Positions 8,991-18,121 of a DNA stretch of 55,728 bases are shown here, piece after piece. Numbering within the stretch: the first letter of the stretch is position 1; each line of letters opens with the position of its first letter. Below the pieces are notes generated by a model, which did no database searches, was not told the DNA's origin, and saw only the letters and a list, made by a program, of their open reading frames with translations. Source of the stretch: Ruminococcus sp. (GTDB lineage Bacteria > Bacillota > Clostridia > Oscillospirales > Ruminococcaceae); contig JAJQGV010000145.1 of NCBI GenBank assembly GCA_021200215.1, positions 1 through 55,728 on the forward strand. Reading direction: 5' to 3'. Made by a program: the position numbers and the translations under genes.

Positions 8991-9347
8991 ATGTTTGATA
9001 TTGATTTAATGAGCCGTACGCCTATATATGAACAACTATATAACAAGATTGTTGAACTAATAATTAAAGGGGTATTAACCGAAAATTCTCAACTACCTAG
9101 CATTAGAGCCTTAGCTAAAGAGTTAGGAGTTAATCCTAACACTGTAGTAAAGGCATATAATCAGCTTGAGAACGATGGCATAATATACTCATTAACTGGT
9201 CGAGGTAGCTTTATTGCTAGGGTAACTGACAGTACTATAAAAAGGAGTATGTTCGCTCAATTTGATGAGTGCGTCCTTAAGGCTATACAGACAGGTATAT
9301 CTAAAAATGAACTTATTGAAAGGATTAACAAGGTGGAAATATCATGA
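8991..9347 (+). CDS. GntR-family (YtrA-subfamily, short) transcriptional regulator
   Basis: PIYEQLYNKIVELIIKGVL...LPSIRALAKELGVNPNTVVKAYNQLENDGIIYS winged HTH. ATG at 8991 follows AAAGGAGG. Confidence 0.9.
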   Translation: MFDIDLMSRTPIYEQLYNKIVELIIKGVLTENSQLPSIRALAKELGVNPNTVVKAYNQLENDGIIYSLTGRGSFIARVTDSTIKRSMFAQFDECVLKAIQTGISKNELIERINKVEIS

Positions 9348-10264
9348 TTGAACTTATCAACACTTCAAAAAACTTTGATAGTTTCAAAGTCTTAGATAGT
9401 ATTAACTTAACCATTCCTAAGGGTGTGACTTTCGGTCTACTTGGCTCTAATGGTGCAGGAAAATCTACCATATTAAGATTACTCTGTGGAATATACAAGG
9501 CAGATGGTGGTAGCGTCACCATAGATGGTGAATCTATATTCAATAATCCTAAAGTTAAGGAAAAGGTTTTCTTTATTAACGATGAAACTATTCAGTTCGC
9601 TAACTTTACCCTTAAAGAGTTAAAAAACTTCTATAAGGGATTCTATCCTAACTTTTCAGAAGAACTCTTTGAAAAACTTCGCAAGACTATAAACTTGCCA
9701 CTAGATAAAAAAACTAATGCCTTTTCTAAGGGTATGAAACGTCAAGCTATAGTTATAATTGCTTTAGCTTGTCAAACTGAATATCTGCTACTAGATGAGG
9801 CTTTCGATGGTTTAGACCCTACTATGCGTATAATAGTTAAACGTATGCTCGTTGATGCTATGCTCGACCGTGAACTTACTACCATAATATCTTCACACAA
9901 CCTAAAAGAGATTAATGAGGTATGCGACAGCGTAGCTTTACTCCATCAAGGTAAGATTGTATTCAATCGTGACCTAGATAGTGTTAAGTCTAACATACAT
10001 AAGGTTCAAGTAGTATTCCCTCAAATCAATGAGAATCTACCCCAAAGCTATACCGAAAAGGAATTTCCTAACTTGGATATACTCCACTTTGAACAGAATC
10101 AAAGCGTGTACCATATAATTATCCGTGGTAATGAGGAAGAGATTAGAGAAAAGTTTAAATCTAAGAAGCCTCTAGTGTTAGATATCATTCCACTTTCACT
10201 AGAAGAAATATTTATTTATGAAATGGAGGTTCTAGGTTATGATTTCAAAGGAATTGACAACTAA
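9344..10264 (+). CDS. ABC transporter ATP-binding protein
   Basis: Walker A GSNGAGKST, signature-like FSKGMKRQ, Walker B LLLDEAFDGLD. ATGA overlap with the GntR stop. Confidence 0.93.
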   Translation: MIELINTSKNFDSFKVLDSINLTIPKGVTFGLLGSNGAGKSTILRLLCGIYKADGGSVTIDGESIFNNPKVKEKVFFINDETIQFANFTLKELKNFYKGFYPNFSEELFEKLRKTINLPLDKKTNAFSKGMKRQAIVIIALACQTEYLLLDEAFDGLDPTMRIIVKRMLVDAMLDRELTTIISSHNLKEINEVCDSVALLHQGKIVFNRDLDSVKSNIHKVQVVFPQINENLPQSYTEKEFPNLDILHFEQNQSVYHIIIRGNEEEIREKFKSKKPLVLDIIPLSLEEIFIYEMEVLGYDFKGIDN

Positions 10265-12857
10265 TAGTAATACGTCTGTTAGTAAGAAGATTAATTTTCA
10301 TACTGCATTTTGGTCAAACTTTTTCATGAACATTAGAAAACTCAAAAAGATTCTAATAGTTATGTGTGTTCTGCACATTTTAGGTTTACCGCTACTTATG
10401 ATATCTGGTATAGCCAGCGAAATTGATGATAGTGGTTATTCTATGTATGGATTTATACCTTTATCAATGTGCTGTTTAGCAATAGCCCTAATTATGGGAT
10501 TTATAATAGCTTTAAACTCTTTTGACTACCTTTACAAAAAAACTAAGGTAGATATGATTTACTCCCTACCTTTGACCATTAAACAACGTTTCTTAAGCGA
10601 TTACTTTTCTGGACTATGTTCTTACATAATACCTTATATAGCAAGTGTAATACTAACGTTTATAATACATGGTTTAGCGTATTTCGGAATTAACTCTTGG
10701 GAAGAATTTACCAAAGAAGAACATTTTACATATTATATGATACAGCTTTGCATATGTGGTCTGCTAGTAATGATTATGTTCTATACTCTAACGGTATTGG
10801 TTACTAGTTGTTGTGGTTCAATGTTTGAATCCATTGCTTATAATTTATTAGTGAACTGTCTAATACCTGGTGTCATTGCAATATTCTTTGCGATATTCTT
10901 TAGTGGTCTATATGGCATATCGATAGATGATTATATACTTAAATACATCTCTAATAGTAGTCCACTAGGTACAATTATAGGCATAACTGAAACTATTGAC
11001 GGGGAAATATCCCAATTGATTAGATTGTATATATTAACCTTAGTTACAGATGTTATATACTTCTTTATTGCATACTTTCTATACAGTAAGCGTAAAGCTG
11101 AAGATGTATCTAAGCCTTTTGTATTTAAAGCATTCTACTATATTACCATGACTGCTATAACGTTTATAATAATAGCCCTTATGGTGAATAGTGATACCGA
11201 TTATATAGCTCCTTTGATGTTCCTAAGTGCTATAGTATATTTCATCTGTGAAACCATTGCTAATCGTGGATTTAAAAAGTTCGGTTGGAGCGTTCTAAGA
11301 TATATAGTAACCGTTTTTGGCGTGATAGTACTATGCTTAATATTAAATGGTACTAACGGATTCGGTATAGAAAGCAGAATCCCTTCTGCATTAAACGTTA
11401 AGAGCGTTACCATAGACTATGGTGGAGTATATCAAAATTATTCAAGCGACGTAACTTTCAAAGATAGAGAATCCATTGAAACCGTTATAAACTTTCATAA
11501 AGATGCAGTAGAGAATAGATTTAACTCTTACCTACCTGATGAAGATGCTGATATATATCAACAGTATGGCATATTACAAAATTACATCTATTACAGTGAT
11601 TACTACCAATACGTTCACATAACCTATAATACTAGGCTTGGTGGCAAGATATCCAGAGAGTATAAAGTATCGTTTGAACAATATATGATGTTAAAAGATT
11701 TAAGTTTAAATGAATCATATATTGAACAGTGTGCTTCTGATTTCCTAAGTGACTTACTAAGTAACTACACCACCTATCGATTTAGTTACTATAATATTGT
11801 TGAGCAAGATACTTCTATGGGAGATTACAACATAAGTGTAAGTTCTAAGATACAAGTAAACAGCAAAGAGTATGACCATCTAACGTACTCGCAGATTATG
11901 GAACTGGCTGAATGTTACAAAAAAGATTTAGAAAATCGTACTATGGACGATATTTTAACACCTACCGATACTTATTGTTATCTCAATAGTTACATTATAT
12001 TGAGTTCTTATGAGAATACCATCAAGTTTTTAACCGAAAATAATTTGACTCCTCCTACTATAGAAACTGAACTACTAACCTATACTTCATATGATTACAG
12101 CTATTACGGAGATTGTATACTATACGCCCCTGATGATATCACTTGTGTAGGTGGTGACTACTATACATCTATAGATGCTTATAAGGCTACTTATGGAAGG
12201 TATCTAACAGTAAGTATTTCCTTTTTACCACTCTTAGAGGTTGCTCAACCTTGCTATGTAACCACTGACGAATGCTATATTCTAAGCTTTAACGGAGATA
12301 TGTTTGTAATACCTAAAGAATATTCTAACATAGCTAAAGAATACTATGACATAGCTAAAGAATACGATAATGATAATGATAATGACTACCTATTTCAAAG
12401 TACTGCGAATAGGTATGAGTATAATTATCTAACTTGTTACCTAAATACACATGATATCTGGAAAGAACACTTTACTAAAACCTATGATACCTACAAAGAT
12501 TTTGTAGAAAACTTACTATATGGTTATGTAGACATCTTTACAGATGGAGAGTATGAGGGAACTATCAATGCAGAAGATTTCAATACTCTACAAGAATATT
12601 ATAATGTATATTGGACTATCTACTATGATGACTATCTTCAAACTGATTGGAATAATTGGGGTAATAGAAAATATTCTAACTACGATGATTTCGTTTGGTA
12701 CATCTTAATGTACACATTTAACAATTCTAGTGATACTATTCTTTTTAACGATGATATCGAAACATCTAACGATAGTACAGAATCTACTACTACTTTCAAT
12801 GAAGAAAGTTCTAAAATTGATAGTAAACCTATTGACGAAAATCTAAGTAACATTTAA
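10239..12857 (+). CDS. Polytopic membrane protein (~9 TM) fused to a ~490-aa Tyr/Asp/Asn-rich extracytoplasmic region; putative permease partner of the ABC ATPase
   Basis: Hydrophobic segments through ~aa 380, then a hydrophilic Y/D/N-rich tail with no domain I recognise. Translationally coupled to the ATPase gene. Confidence 0.7.
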   Translation: MISKELTTNSNTSVSKKINFHTAFWSNFFMNIRKLKKILIVMCVLHILGLPLLMISGIASEIDDSGYSMYGFIPLSMCCLAIALIMGFIIALNSFDYLYKKTKVDMIYSLPLTIKQRFLSDYFSGLCSYIIPYIASVILTFIIHGLAYFGINSWEEFTKEEHFTYYMIQLCICGLLVMIMFYTLTVLVTSCCGSMFESIAYNLLVNCLIPGVIAIFFAIFFSGLYGISIDDYILKYISNSSPLGTIIGITETIDGEISQLIRLYILTLVTDVIYFFIAYFLYSKRKAEDVSKPFVFKAFYYITMTAITFIIIALMVNSDTDYIAPLMFLSAIVYFICETIANRGFKKFGWSVLRYIVTVFGVIVLCLILNGTNGFGIESRIPSALNVKSVTIDYGGVYQNYSSDVTFKDRESIETVINFHKDAVENRFNSYLPDEDADIYQQYGILQNYIYYSDYYQYVHITYNTRLGGKISREYKVSFEQYMMLKDLSLNESYIEQCASDFLSDLLSNYTTYRFSYYNIVEQDTSMGDYNISVSSKIQVNSKEYDHLTYSQIMELAECYKKDLENRTMDDILTPTDTYCYLNSYIILSSYENTIKFLTENNLTPPTIETELLTYTSYDYSYYGDCILYAPDDITCVGGDYYTSIDAYKATYGRYLTVSISFLPLLEVAQPCYVTTDECYILSFNGDMFVIPKEYSNIAKEYYDIAKEYDNDNDNDYLFQSTANRYEYNYLTCYLNTHDIWKEHFTKTYDTYKDFVENLLYGYVDIFTDGEYEGTINAEDFNTLQEYYNVYWTIYYDDYLQTDWNNWGNRKYSNYDDFVWYILMYTFNNSSDTILFNDDIETSNDSTESTTTFNEESSKIDSKPIDENLSNI

Positions 12858-12920
12858 AATATATATATGGAATATCTACTATAGCGTTCCAAACATATAT
12901 ATATTAAGGAGATACAAAAC

Positions 12921-13736
12921 ATGAGTACAAAAAGAAAGAAAGTAAAACTTAGAACCGATAGAATACTTGTATTAGTCATTATGTTGGCTATATTAGTACT
13001 ATTGATAGTTTTAATCGCTAAGGGAGTATCTAGTAAGAATGGACAATCTCAAACGGTTGGTGGAGATATACAAGATATCTCAAGTACTACTACTGAAGTT
13101 ACCTCCCAAGATACTCTAAGTACTACACAAGATGTTACAGAAACTTCGCAAGTTAATCACACTATAGAAGTAATCGACGGTTGCACCTATATAGATGGTA
13201 TATTGATAATCAATAAATCTTATAGTGTTCCAGCAGAATATCAAGGTTACAATGGTGGTTTAGATGATACTAAACCTACTCCACCACAAGGACTATTTCC
13301 AGAGGTTATTGAAAGTTTTAATCAAATGCAAGAAGATGCTCTAAACGAGGGTTTAGACATATACATAGCATCGGGATATCGTTCTTACTACTATCAATTG
13401 AAAGTATATAACAGTTACTGCGAAACAGATTCTCCCGAAATAGTAGATACGTACTCAGCTAGAGCAGGTCATTCTGAACATCAATCAGGATACGCTTTCG
13501 ACCTAAACTCTATAGATGACAGCTTTGCCGATACCCTAGAGGGTCAATGGGTCGCTGAAAACTGCTATAAGTACGGATTTATAATCCGTTTTCCAGAGGG
13601 TAAAGAGGATATTACAGGATATCAATATGAATCTTGGCACTTGCGTTATGTGGGCGTAGATGTTGCTACATACATCTATGAAAATAACCTCTGCTTAGAA
13701 GAGTATCTTGGAGTGGATTCTGTATATGCTGATTAA
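12921..13736 (+). CDS. Membrane-anchored VanY-type (peptidase M15B) D-alanyl-D-alanine carboxypeptidase
   Basis: N-terminal TM anchor, SGYRSYYYQ, HSEHQSGYAFD and ESWHLRYVG zinc-ligand motifs. Confidence 0.85.
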   Translation: MSTKRKKVKLRTDRILVLVIMLAILVLLIVLIAKGVSSKNGQSQTVGGDIQDISSTTTEVTSQDTLSTTQDVTETSQVNHTIEVIDGCTYIDGILIINKSYSVPAEYQGYNGGLDDTKPTPPQGLFPEVIESFNQMQEDALNEGLDIYIASGYRSYYYQLKVYNSYCETDSPEIVDTYSARAGHSEHQSGYAFDLNSIDDSFADTLEGQWVAENCYKYGFIIRFPEGKEDITGYQYESWHLRYVGVDVATYIYENNLCLEEYLGVDSVYAD

Positions 13737-13812
13737 TTGTATTATTGACAACGCTCTATTTTACTGTTATAATTATCTATGTAATTAAAATTATTATTTA
13801 GTGGTGAATTAT

Positions 13813-14874
13813 ATGAGTACAACCGTAAAAAAGAAAAACAGTAAGAGTAAAAAATCTCACTTAAGAGTGGATAGAATATTTTTCTGCATATTCTTATTAG
13901 CTATAATACTTGCTCTTACAATATACTTACTCAGCTATAGGAATAATACTTCAATAAATATAGACGTATACGAAAATTTCCAAAACATTAGAGCAACCAT
14001 GTTATGTGAAACCATAGAGGAAACTCCTAAAGAAGATAATACTATCAGTTTAGACTATCAAGAAAACCTCTTAAACGATGTTACTGCCGATGATATATCT
14101 GCACAGTTTGTATACGTATTAGATAAGACTAATAATCAAATACTCTTCGATAAAGATTCTACTAAGATGTGCTATCCTGCAAGTACTACTAAGATATTAA
14201 CATCTATAGTAGCTATTGAAAACATAAGCTTAGATGCCGTCTTTACCGTTGGAAATGAAATAAACTTCGTTGAGAGTGGTTCTAGTTTAGCGTATTTGGT
14301 GCAAGGTGAACAGATAACTCTTAAAGATTTACTATATGGTTTAATGTTACCATCTGGTAATGATGCAGGTTATACCATTGCTGTAAACGTAGCTAGAATC
14401 TTAACGGGTAATTCAGTATTGACAGAAAGTGAGGCAGTCGATTACTTTGTAAATCTAATGAACGAAAAGGCTCAAGAGATTGGTATGCTTAATAGTCACT
14501 TTGAAGTTCCAGATGGATATCATAATAAGAATCACTACGTTACCGCTCAAGATATGATGCGACTATTAATATATGCTGAAAACTTCGATATATTAAAACA
14601 GATTACATCTACACAGAGTTATGATATTACATCTATAAGCGGTGAAGAACACTCTTGGATTAATACTAATAAACTATTAGACCAAGATAGTTCTTACTTC
14701 TATGAAGGTGTAGATGGCTTTAAGACAGGTTTCCATGATGATGCGGGTAATTGCTTAATAGTTACTGCTAACATAGATAATCGTGAAGTGTATATGGTTA
14801 TCATGAAGAGTGAAACTGACGATACTAGGTATCAAGATGCTACTTTATTATTAGATAGTATATATAACTACTAA
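13813..14874 (+). CDS. Serine-type D-Ala-D-Ala carboxypeptidase (peptidase S11, PBP5/DacB-like)
   Basis: SxxK (ASTTKILT), SxN (PSGNDA), KTG (GFKTGF), N-terminal TM anchor. ATG at 13813 follows GGTGA. Confidence 0.88.
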   Translation: MSTTVKKKNSKSKKSHLRVDRIFFCIFLLAIILALTIYLLSYRNNTSINIDVYENFQNIRATMLCETIEETPKEDNTISLDYQENLLNDVTADDISAQFVYVLDKTNNQILFDKDSTKMCYPASTTKILTSIVAIENISLDAVFTVGNEINFVESGSSLAYLVQGEQITLKDLLYGLMLPSGNDAGYTIAVNVARILTGNSVLTESEAVDYFVNLMNEKAQEIGMLNSHFEVPDGYHNKNHYVTAQDMMRLLIYAENFDILKQITSTQSYDITSISGEEHSWINTNKLLDQDSSYFYEGVDGFKTGFHDDAGNCLIVTANIDNREVYMVIMKSETDDTRYQDATLLLDSIYNY

Positions 14875-14893
14875 TTACATAACAATTTAATAT

Positions 14894-14937
14894 AAAACAT
14901 GGATTGATTTTTCTAATTAAGAATCAATCCATGTTTT
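14894..14937. terminator. Bidirectional terminator between the dacB-like gene and serS
   Basis: 16-bp stem AAAACATGGATTGATT/AATCAATCCATGTTTT with A/T runs on both sides. Confidence 0.8.
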
Positions 14938-14946
14938 ATATATATA

Positions 14947-16236
14947 TTACTTAATAATATCCGTACCCATGTATGGAACTAACGCTTCTGGAACTGTAAT
15001 AGAACCATCTGCATTTTGATAGTTCTCTAATATAGCGGCAACGGTTCTACCCACTGCAACACCTGAGCCATTTAGTGTATGCACAAACTGAGCCTTATCC
15101 TTAGGAGTAGCCTTATACTTAATGTTTGCACGTCTTGCTTGATAGTCTACAAAGTTAGAACAGCTTGAAATCTCAACGTACCTACCATAAGATGGCATCC
15201 AAACCTCAATATCGTAAGTCTTAGCAGATGAGAAACCTATATCACCTGTAGATAATGCTACTACTCTGTAAGGTAATCCCAAACCTTGTAGAACTCTTTC
15301 GGCATCATTGGTTAGCTTTTCGAGTTCATCCCAAGAGGTTTCAGGGGTAGTAAACTTAACTAACTCAACCTTATTAAACTGATGTTGTCTAATGAGTCCA
15401 CGAGTATCACGACCAGCAGAACCAGCCTCGGAACGGAAACAAGCTGAGTATGCACAATAGCACAAAGGAAGTTGCTCACCCTTAAGGATATCATCACGAT
15501 ACATATTAGTTACTGGAACTTCAGCGGTTGGTATTAGGAAATAGTCATTTCCAACGTTATCTTCAGAAGATACTAACTTATAGGCTTGGTCTTCAAACTT
15601 AGGCAGTTGACCAGTACCCGTCATAGATGCTCTATTTACCATAAAAGGTGGTAGAATCTCGGTATATCCGTGTTCTGTATGAGTGTTCAAGAAGTAACTA
15701 ATTATACTTCTTTCAAGCCTAGCACCTAAACCCTTATAAAAGTGGAATCTAGCACCAGTTACCTTACTAGCAGTATCTGGGTCTAAGATACCTAACTTAG
15801 CACCTAAATCCCAATGTCCTTTAGGTTCATAATCGAACTTAGTAGGCTCACCGAACCTTCTAACCTCTATGTTTTCGGAATCGTCTTTGCCTATAGGAGT
15901 AGTTTCAGATGGAACGTTTGGAACACTTAATAATAGTTCTCGCTGTTTAGATTCAAGGTCTTTAATCTTAACATCTTGAATCTTAATCTTTTCAGCGATA
16001 GTTTTCATCTCAGCCATAATAGATGTAGTATCCTCGCCGTTCTTTTTCATCTGTGGAATCTGTTTAGATACCTTGTTCTGTTCAGCCTTTAAGCTGTCTG
16101 TTTCTGTAGAAATTTGTCTTCTTTGTTCATCAATGGCAAGAATGTCATCAATGTATTGGTCATAGTTGGCATTTCTAGTCTGTAATGCCTTTTTAATCTG
16201 TTCAGGATTTTCTCTAATCTTTTTAATGTCGAGCAT
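14947..16236 (-). CDS. serS: Seryl-tRNA synthetase
   Basis: N-terminal coiled-coil arm, class II motifs ([39 protein letters not shown]). Confidence 0.97.
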   Translation of the reverse strand: MLDIKKIRENPEQIKKALQTRNANYDQYIDDILAIDEQRRQISTETDSLKAEQNKVSKQIPQMKKNGEDTTSIMAEMKTIAEKIKIQDVKIKDLESKQRELLLSVPNVPSETTPIGKDDSENIEVRRFGEPTKFDYEPKGHWDLGAKLGILDPDTASKVTGARFHFYKGLGARLERSIISYFLNTHTEHGYTEILPPFMVNRASMTGTGQLPKFEDQAYKLVSSEDNVGNDYFLIPTAEVPVTNMYRDDILKGEQLPLCYCAYSACFRSEAGSAGRDTRGLIRQHQFNKVELVKFTTPETSWDELEKLTNDAERVLQGLGLPYRVVALSTGDIGFSSAKTYDIEVWMPSYGRYVEISSCSNFVDYQARRANIKYKATPKDKAQFVHTLNGSGVAVGRTVAAILENYQNADGSITVPEALVPYMGTDIIK

Positions 16237-16307
16237 TTTAATTCCTCCAAAATATTATATATAATGTGAATCATTCACAATTATTGGCATTTTCGGTTAT
16301 TAGCAGC

Positions 16308-16590
16308 TTTGCAAGTGCTTGTCAAGTAGATAATTCCACTTAAAAAGCTCGTATATATGTAGTTTATCGATGATGTATGCTTGCTTGTCAACTAGTTGAC
16401 AAGCAGATTTTAAACTCTTACTTGTCAAGTGAAGTTATTACTTGTCAAGCAGTCAACCCACATAGATATGTGGTATAGTAATTAATAGATTTAATATCTT
16501 ATTCCTACTTGCAAAGTAGGTTTAAAGGCAGATTATCCACTTGTCAAGTACTTTGCAATCAACTACTTGTCAAGCTGATTGCAAAGCTGA
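16308..16590. repeat. Array of CTTGTCAAG / CTTGCAAAG palindromic 9-mers downstream of parB (left array)
   Basis: CTTGTCAAG at 16318, 16421, 16441, 16540 and 16566. 20-bp perfect palindrome CTTGTCAACTAGTTGACAAG at 16384-16403. CTTGCAAAG-type at 16308, 16507, 16551 and 16578. 16-bp palindrome CCACATAGATATGTGG at ~16458. Confidence 0.8.
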
Positions 16591-17348
16591 TTAACCAACG
16601 ATTTTAAGTCATCTTTGCCATAGAACTCTAATGTTATAGTACCTTTCTTATCTGAACCATCTATCTTGATTGGTCTATTTAAGATATCTTTTAAAGAGAG
16701 TTCAGTTTCTATATAGTATGTATCACGTTTCTTAAAAGTATCATCTTTGCAAGTAGATTTTAACCTCTTAACCCTATACTCCAACTGTTTAACCGATAAC
16801 TCTTCTTGTACGGTCTGCCTTGCCAAACTTTCTTGATACTTTTCTTCTACTGAAAGTATCTGTTTAGCATGAGCAACCGATAGCTTTCCATCTTCAACCA
16901 TAGATTTAACAGAACTAGGTAATTTTAAAAGTCTAACTATGTTGGCAATACTAGAACGTGAACGTCCAGTAGACTTTGAAATCTCTTCTTGAGTCAGATT
17001 AAACTCTTCTTTAAGACGCACAAAGCCTAAAGCCTCTTCAATTGGAGTTAAACTCTGCCTTTGAAGATTCTCACTAAACGATATCTTAAAAGCATCTAAG
17101 TCAGAAATATTATCCTTAATGATGGCAGGAATCTCACGTAATTGTGCAATTCGTGAGGCTCTCCAGCGTCGTTCACCTGCAATAATTTTATAGAATCCAT
17201 TTGGCATGGGCTTTACTATTATTGGCTCTATTACTCCATACTGCGATATAGAATCCGCTAAGTCATACAATGATTGCTCATTGAAATGTTTTCTTGGCTG
17301 ATTTCGGTCGGGTTCTATTTGAGATATCCTTAAGATTACAGTTTCCAT
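16563..17348 (-). CDS. parB: Chromosome partitioning protein ParB/Spo0J
   Basis: IAGERRWRA CTP-binding box, ENLQRQSLTPIEEA, and HTH LTQEEISKSTGRSRSSIANIVRLL. Confidence 0.93.
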   Translation of the reverse strand: METVILRISQIEPDRNQPRKHFNEQSLYDLADSISQYGVIEPIIVKPMPNGFYKIIAGERRWRASRIAQLREIPAIIKDNISDLDAFKISFSENLQRQSLTPIEEALGFVRLKEEFNLTQEEISKSTGRSRSSIANIVRLLKLPSSVKSMVEDGKLSVAHAKQILSVEEKYQESLARQTVQEELSVKQLEYRVKRLKSTCKDDTFKKRDTYYIETELSLKDILNRPIKIDGSDKKGTITLEFYGKDDLKSLVNQLCNQLDK

Positions 17349-17519
17349 GATAGTTTTACCCTTTCAACTTAATTCTAACCTATTATATCATAAATATGTG
17401 TGTTTGTAAAGATTCTAAACTAAATAATTTCTCAGTTTCTAAAAGATATTTCAATGTAAAAAATTTTGTAAAGTGGGGTTTTTTTGGCTCTTTTAAAATT
17501 GTACTAAAAACAGTACCAA

Positions 17520-17925
17520 AAAAGTTTTCCACATTGAGTGGGGGAATTTTGACTTTCCACAGAAGTTTTCAACATTTCCACTTGCAAAGCACTTGTCAAG
17601 CAATAAAACCGCATATCTATGTGGTTTAATATGTTGAAAGTTTTCCACTTGCAAACCTAGTATTCAAGTAGGTTTGCAAGTTGCAACCAGTTGACAAGCA
17701 CTTGTCAAGCTATTTGCAAGTGGAAAACTTCTTAAATTTTAGTTTTCAACACTATTTTGTTGAAAACTTGTGGAAAACTTTTAATTTTCACCCGAAAAGC
17801 ACATATTTTCGAAGTTTTAAATGTTGAAAAGTTTTCAACACTCTTACTTGACAAGCAAATTTTTTCGTCAAATTGCACAAAAGTTTTCAACAGTTTAAAA
17901 GTTTTCAACATCTTTCCACACCAAA
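17520..17925. promoter_or_regulatory. Second DnaA-box cluster mixed with GTTTTCAACA and CTTGTCAAG motifs, in the noc-parB spacer
   Basis: TTTTCCACA 17525, CTTTCCACA 17553, ATTTCCACT 17574, TTTTCCACT 17641, AGTGGAAAA 17719, TGTGGAAAA 17769, CTTTCCACA 17912. At least 7 (G)TTTTCAACA-type copies. CTTGTCAAG at 17592, 17701 and 17847. Confidence 0.75.
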
Positions 17926-18061
17926 AATTGGATATTTGGAATATTTTGTTATCGAAAAAGTACCCTGTAAACTTACGCATATTTTTACATTCGTCAATAT
18001 GCACAAAAGCCACTAGATTAGTATACTATCGATGTACTTTTATTCATACTGTAAAACATAC

Positions 18062-18100
18062 AAAAAATCGAGTGATACATTAATATCTACTCGATTTTTT
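18062..18100. terminator. Bidirectional terminator after noc
   Basis: AAAAAATCGAGT-loop-ACTCGATTTTTT, a 12-bp stem including A6/T6. Confidence 0.75.
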
Positions 18101-18121
18101 GTAGTATTTTTATAGCTAATT

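Noticed and set aside
16089-16274. 61-aa ORF overlapping the serS start, and similar N-terminal ORF extensions (ferredoxin 440, rnpA 26220, gyrB 31902, mnmE 23197, mnmG 21815, GH74 41005, ABC 46618)
   Set aside because: In each case an internal ATG with a well-spaced GGAGG/AGGTGA-type RBS fits the conserved protein N-terminus. The upstream start often lies inside the RBS itself.
16237-16562. Expected T-box leader upstream of serS
   Set aside because: No T-box sequence (GGGTGGTACCGCG or its complement), specifier-loop architecture or terminator/antiterminator pair was found. The region is occupied by the CTTGTCAAG array instead.
17396-18083. Three ORFs of 77-108 aa (17396-17629 +, 17732-18013 -, 17757-18083 +) in the noc-parB spacer
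   Set aside because: They overlap each other and have no RBS. Their low-complexity sequence is dictated by the TTTCCACA/TTTCAACA/CTTGTCAAG repeats. There is no Walker A or other ParA/Soj signature.
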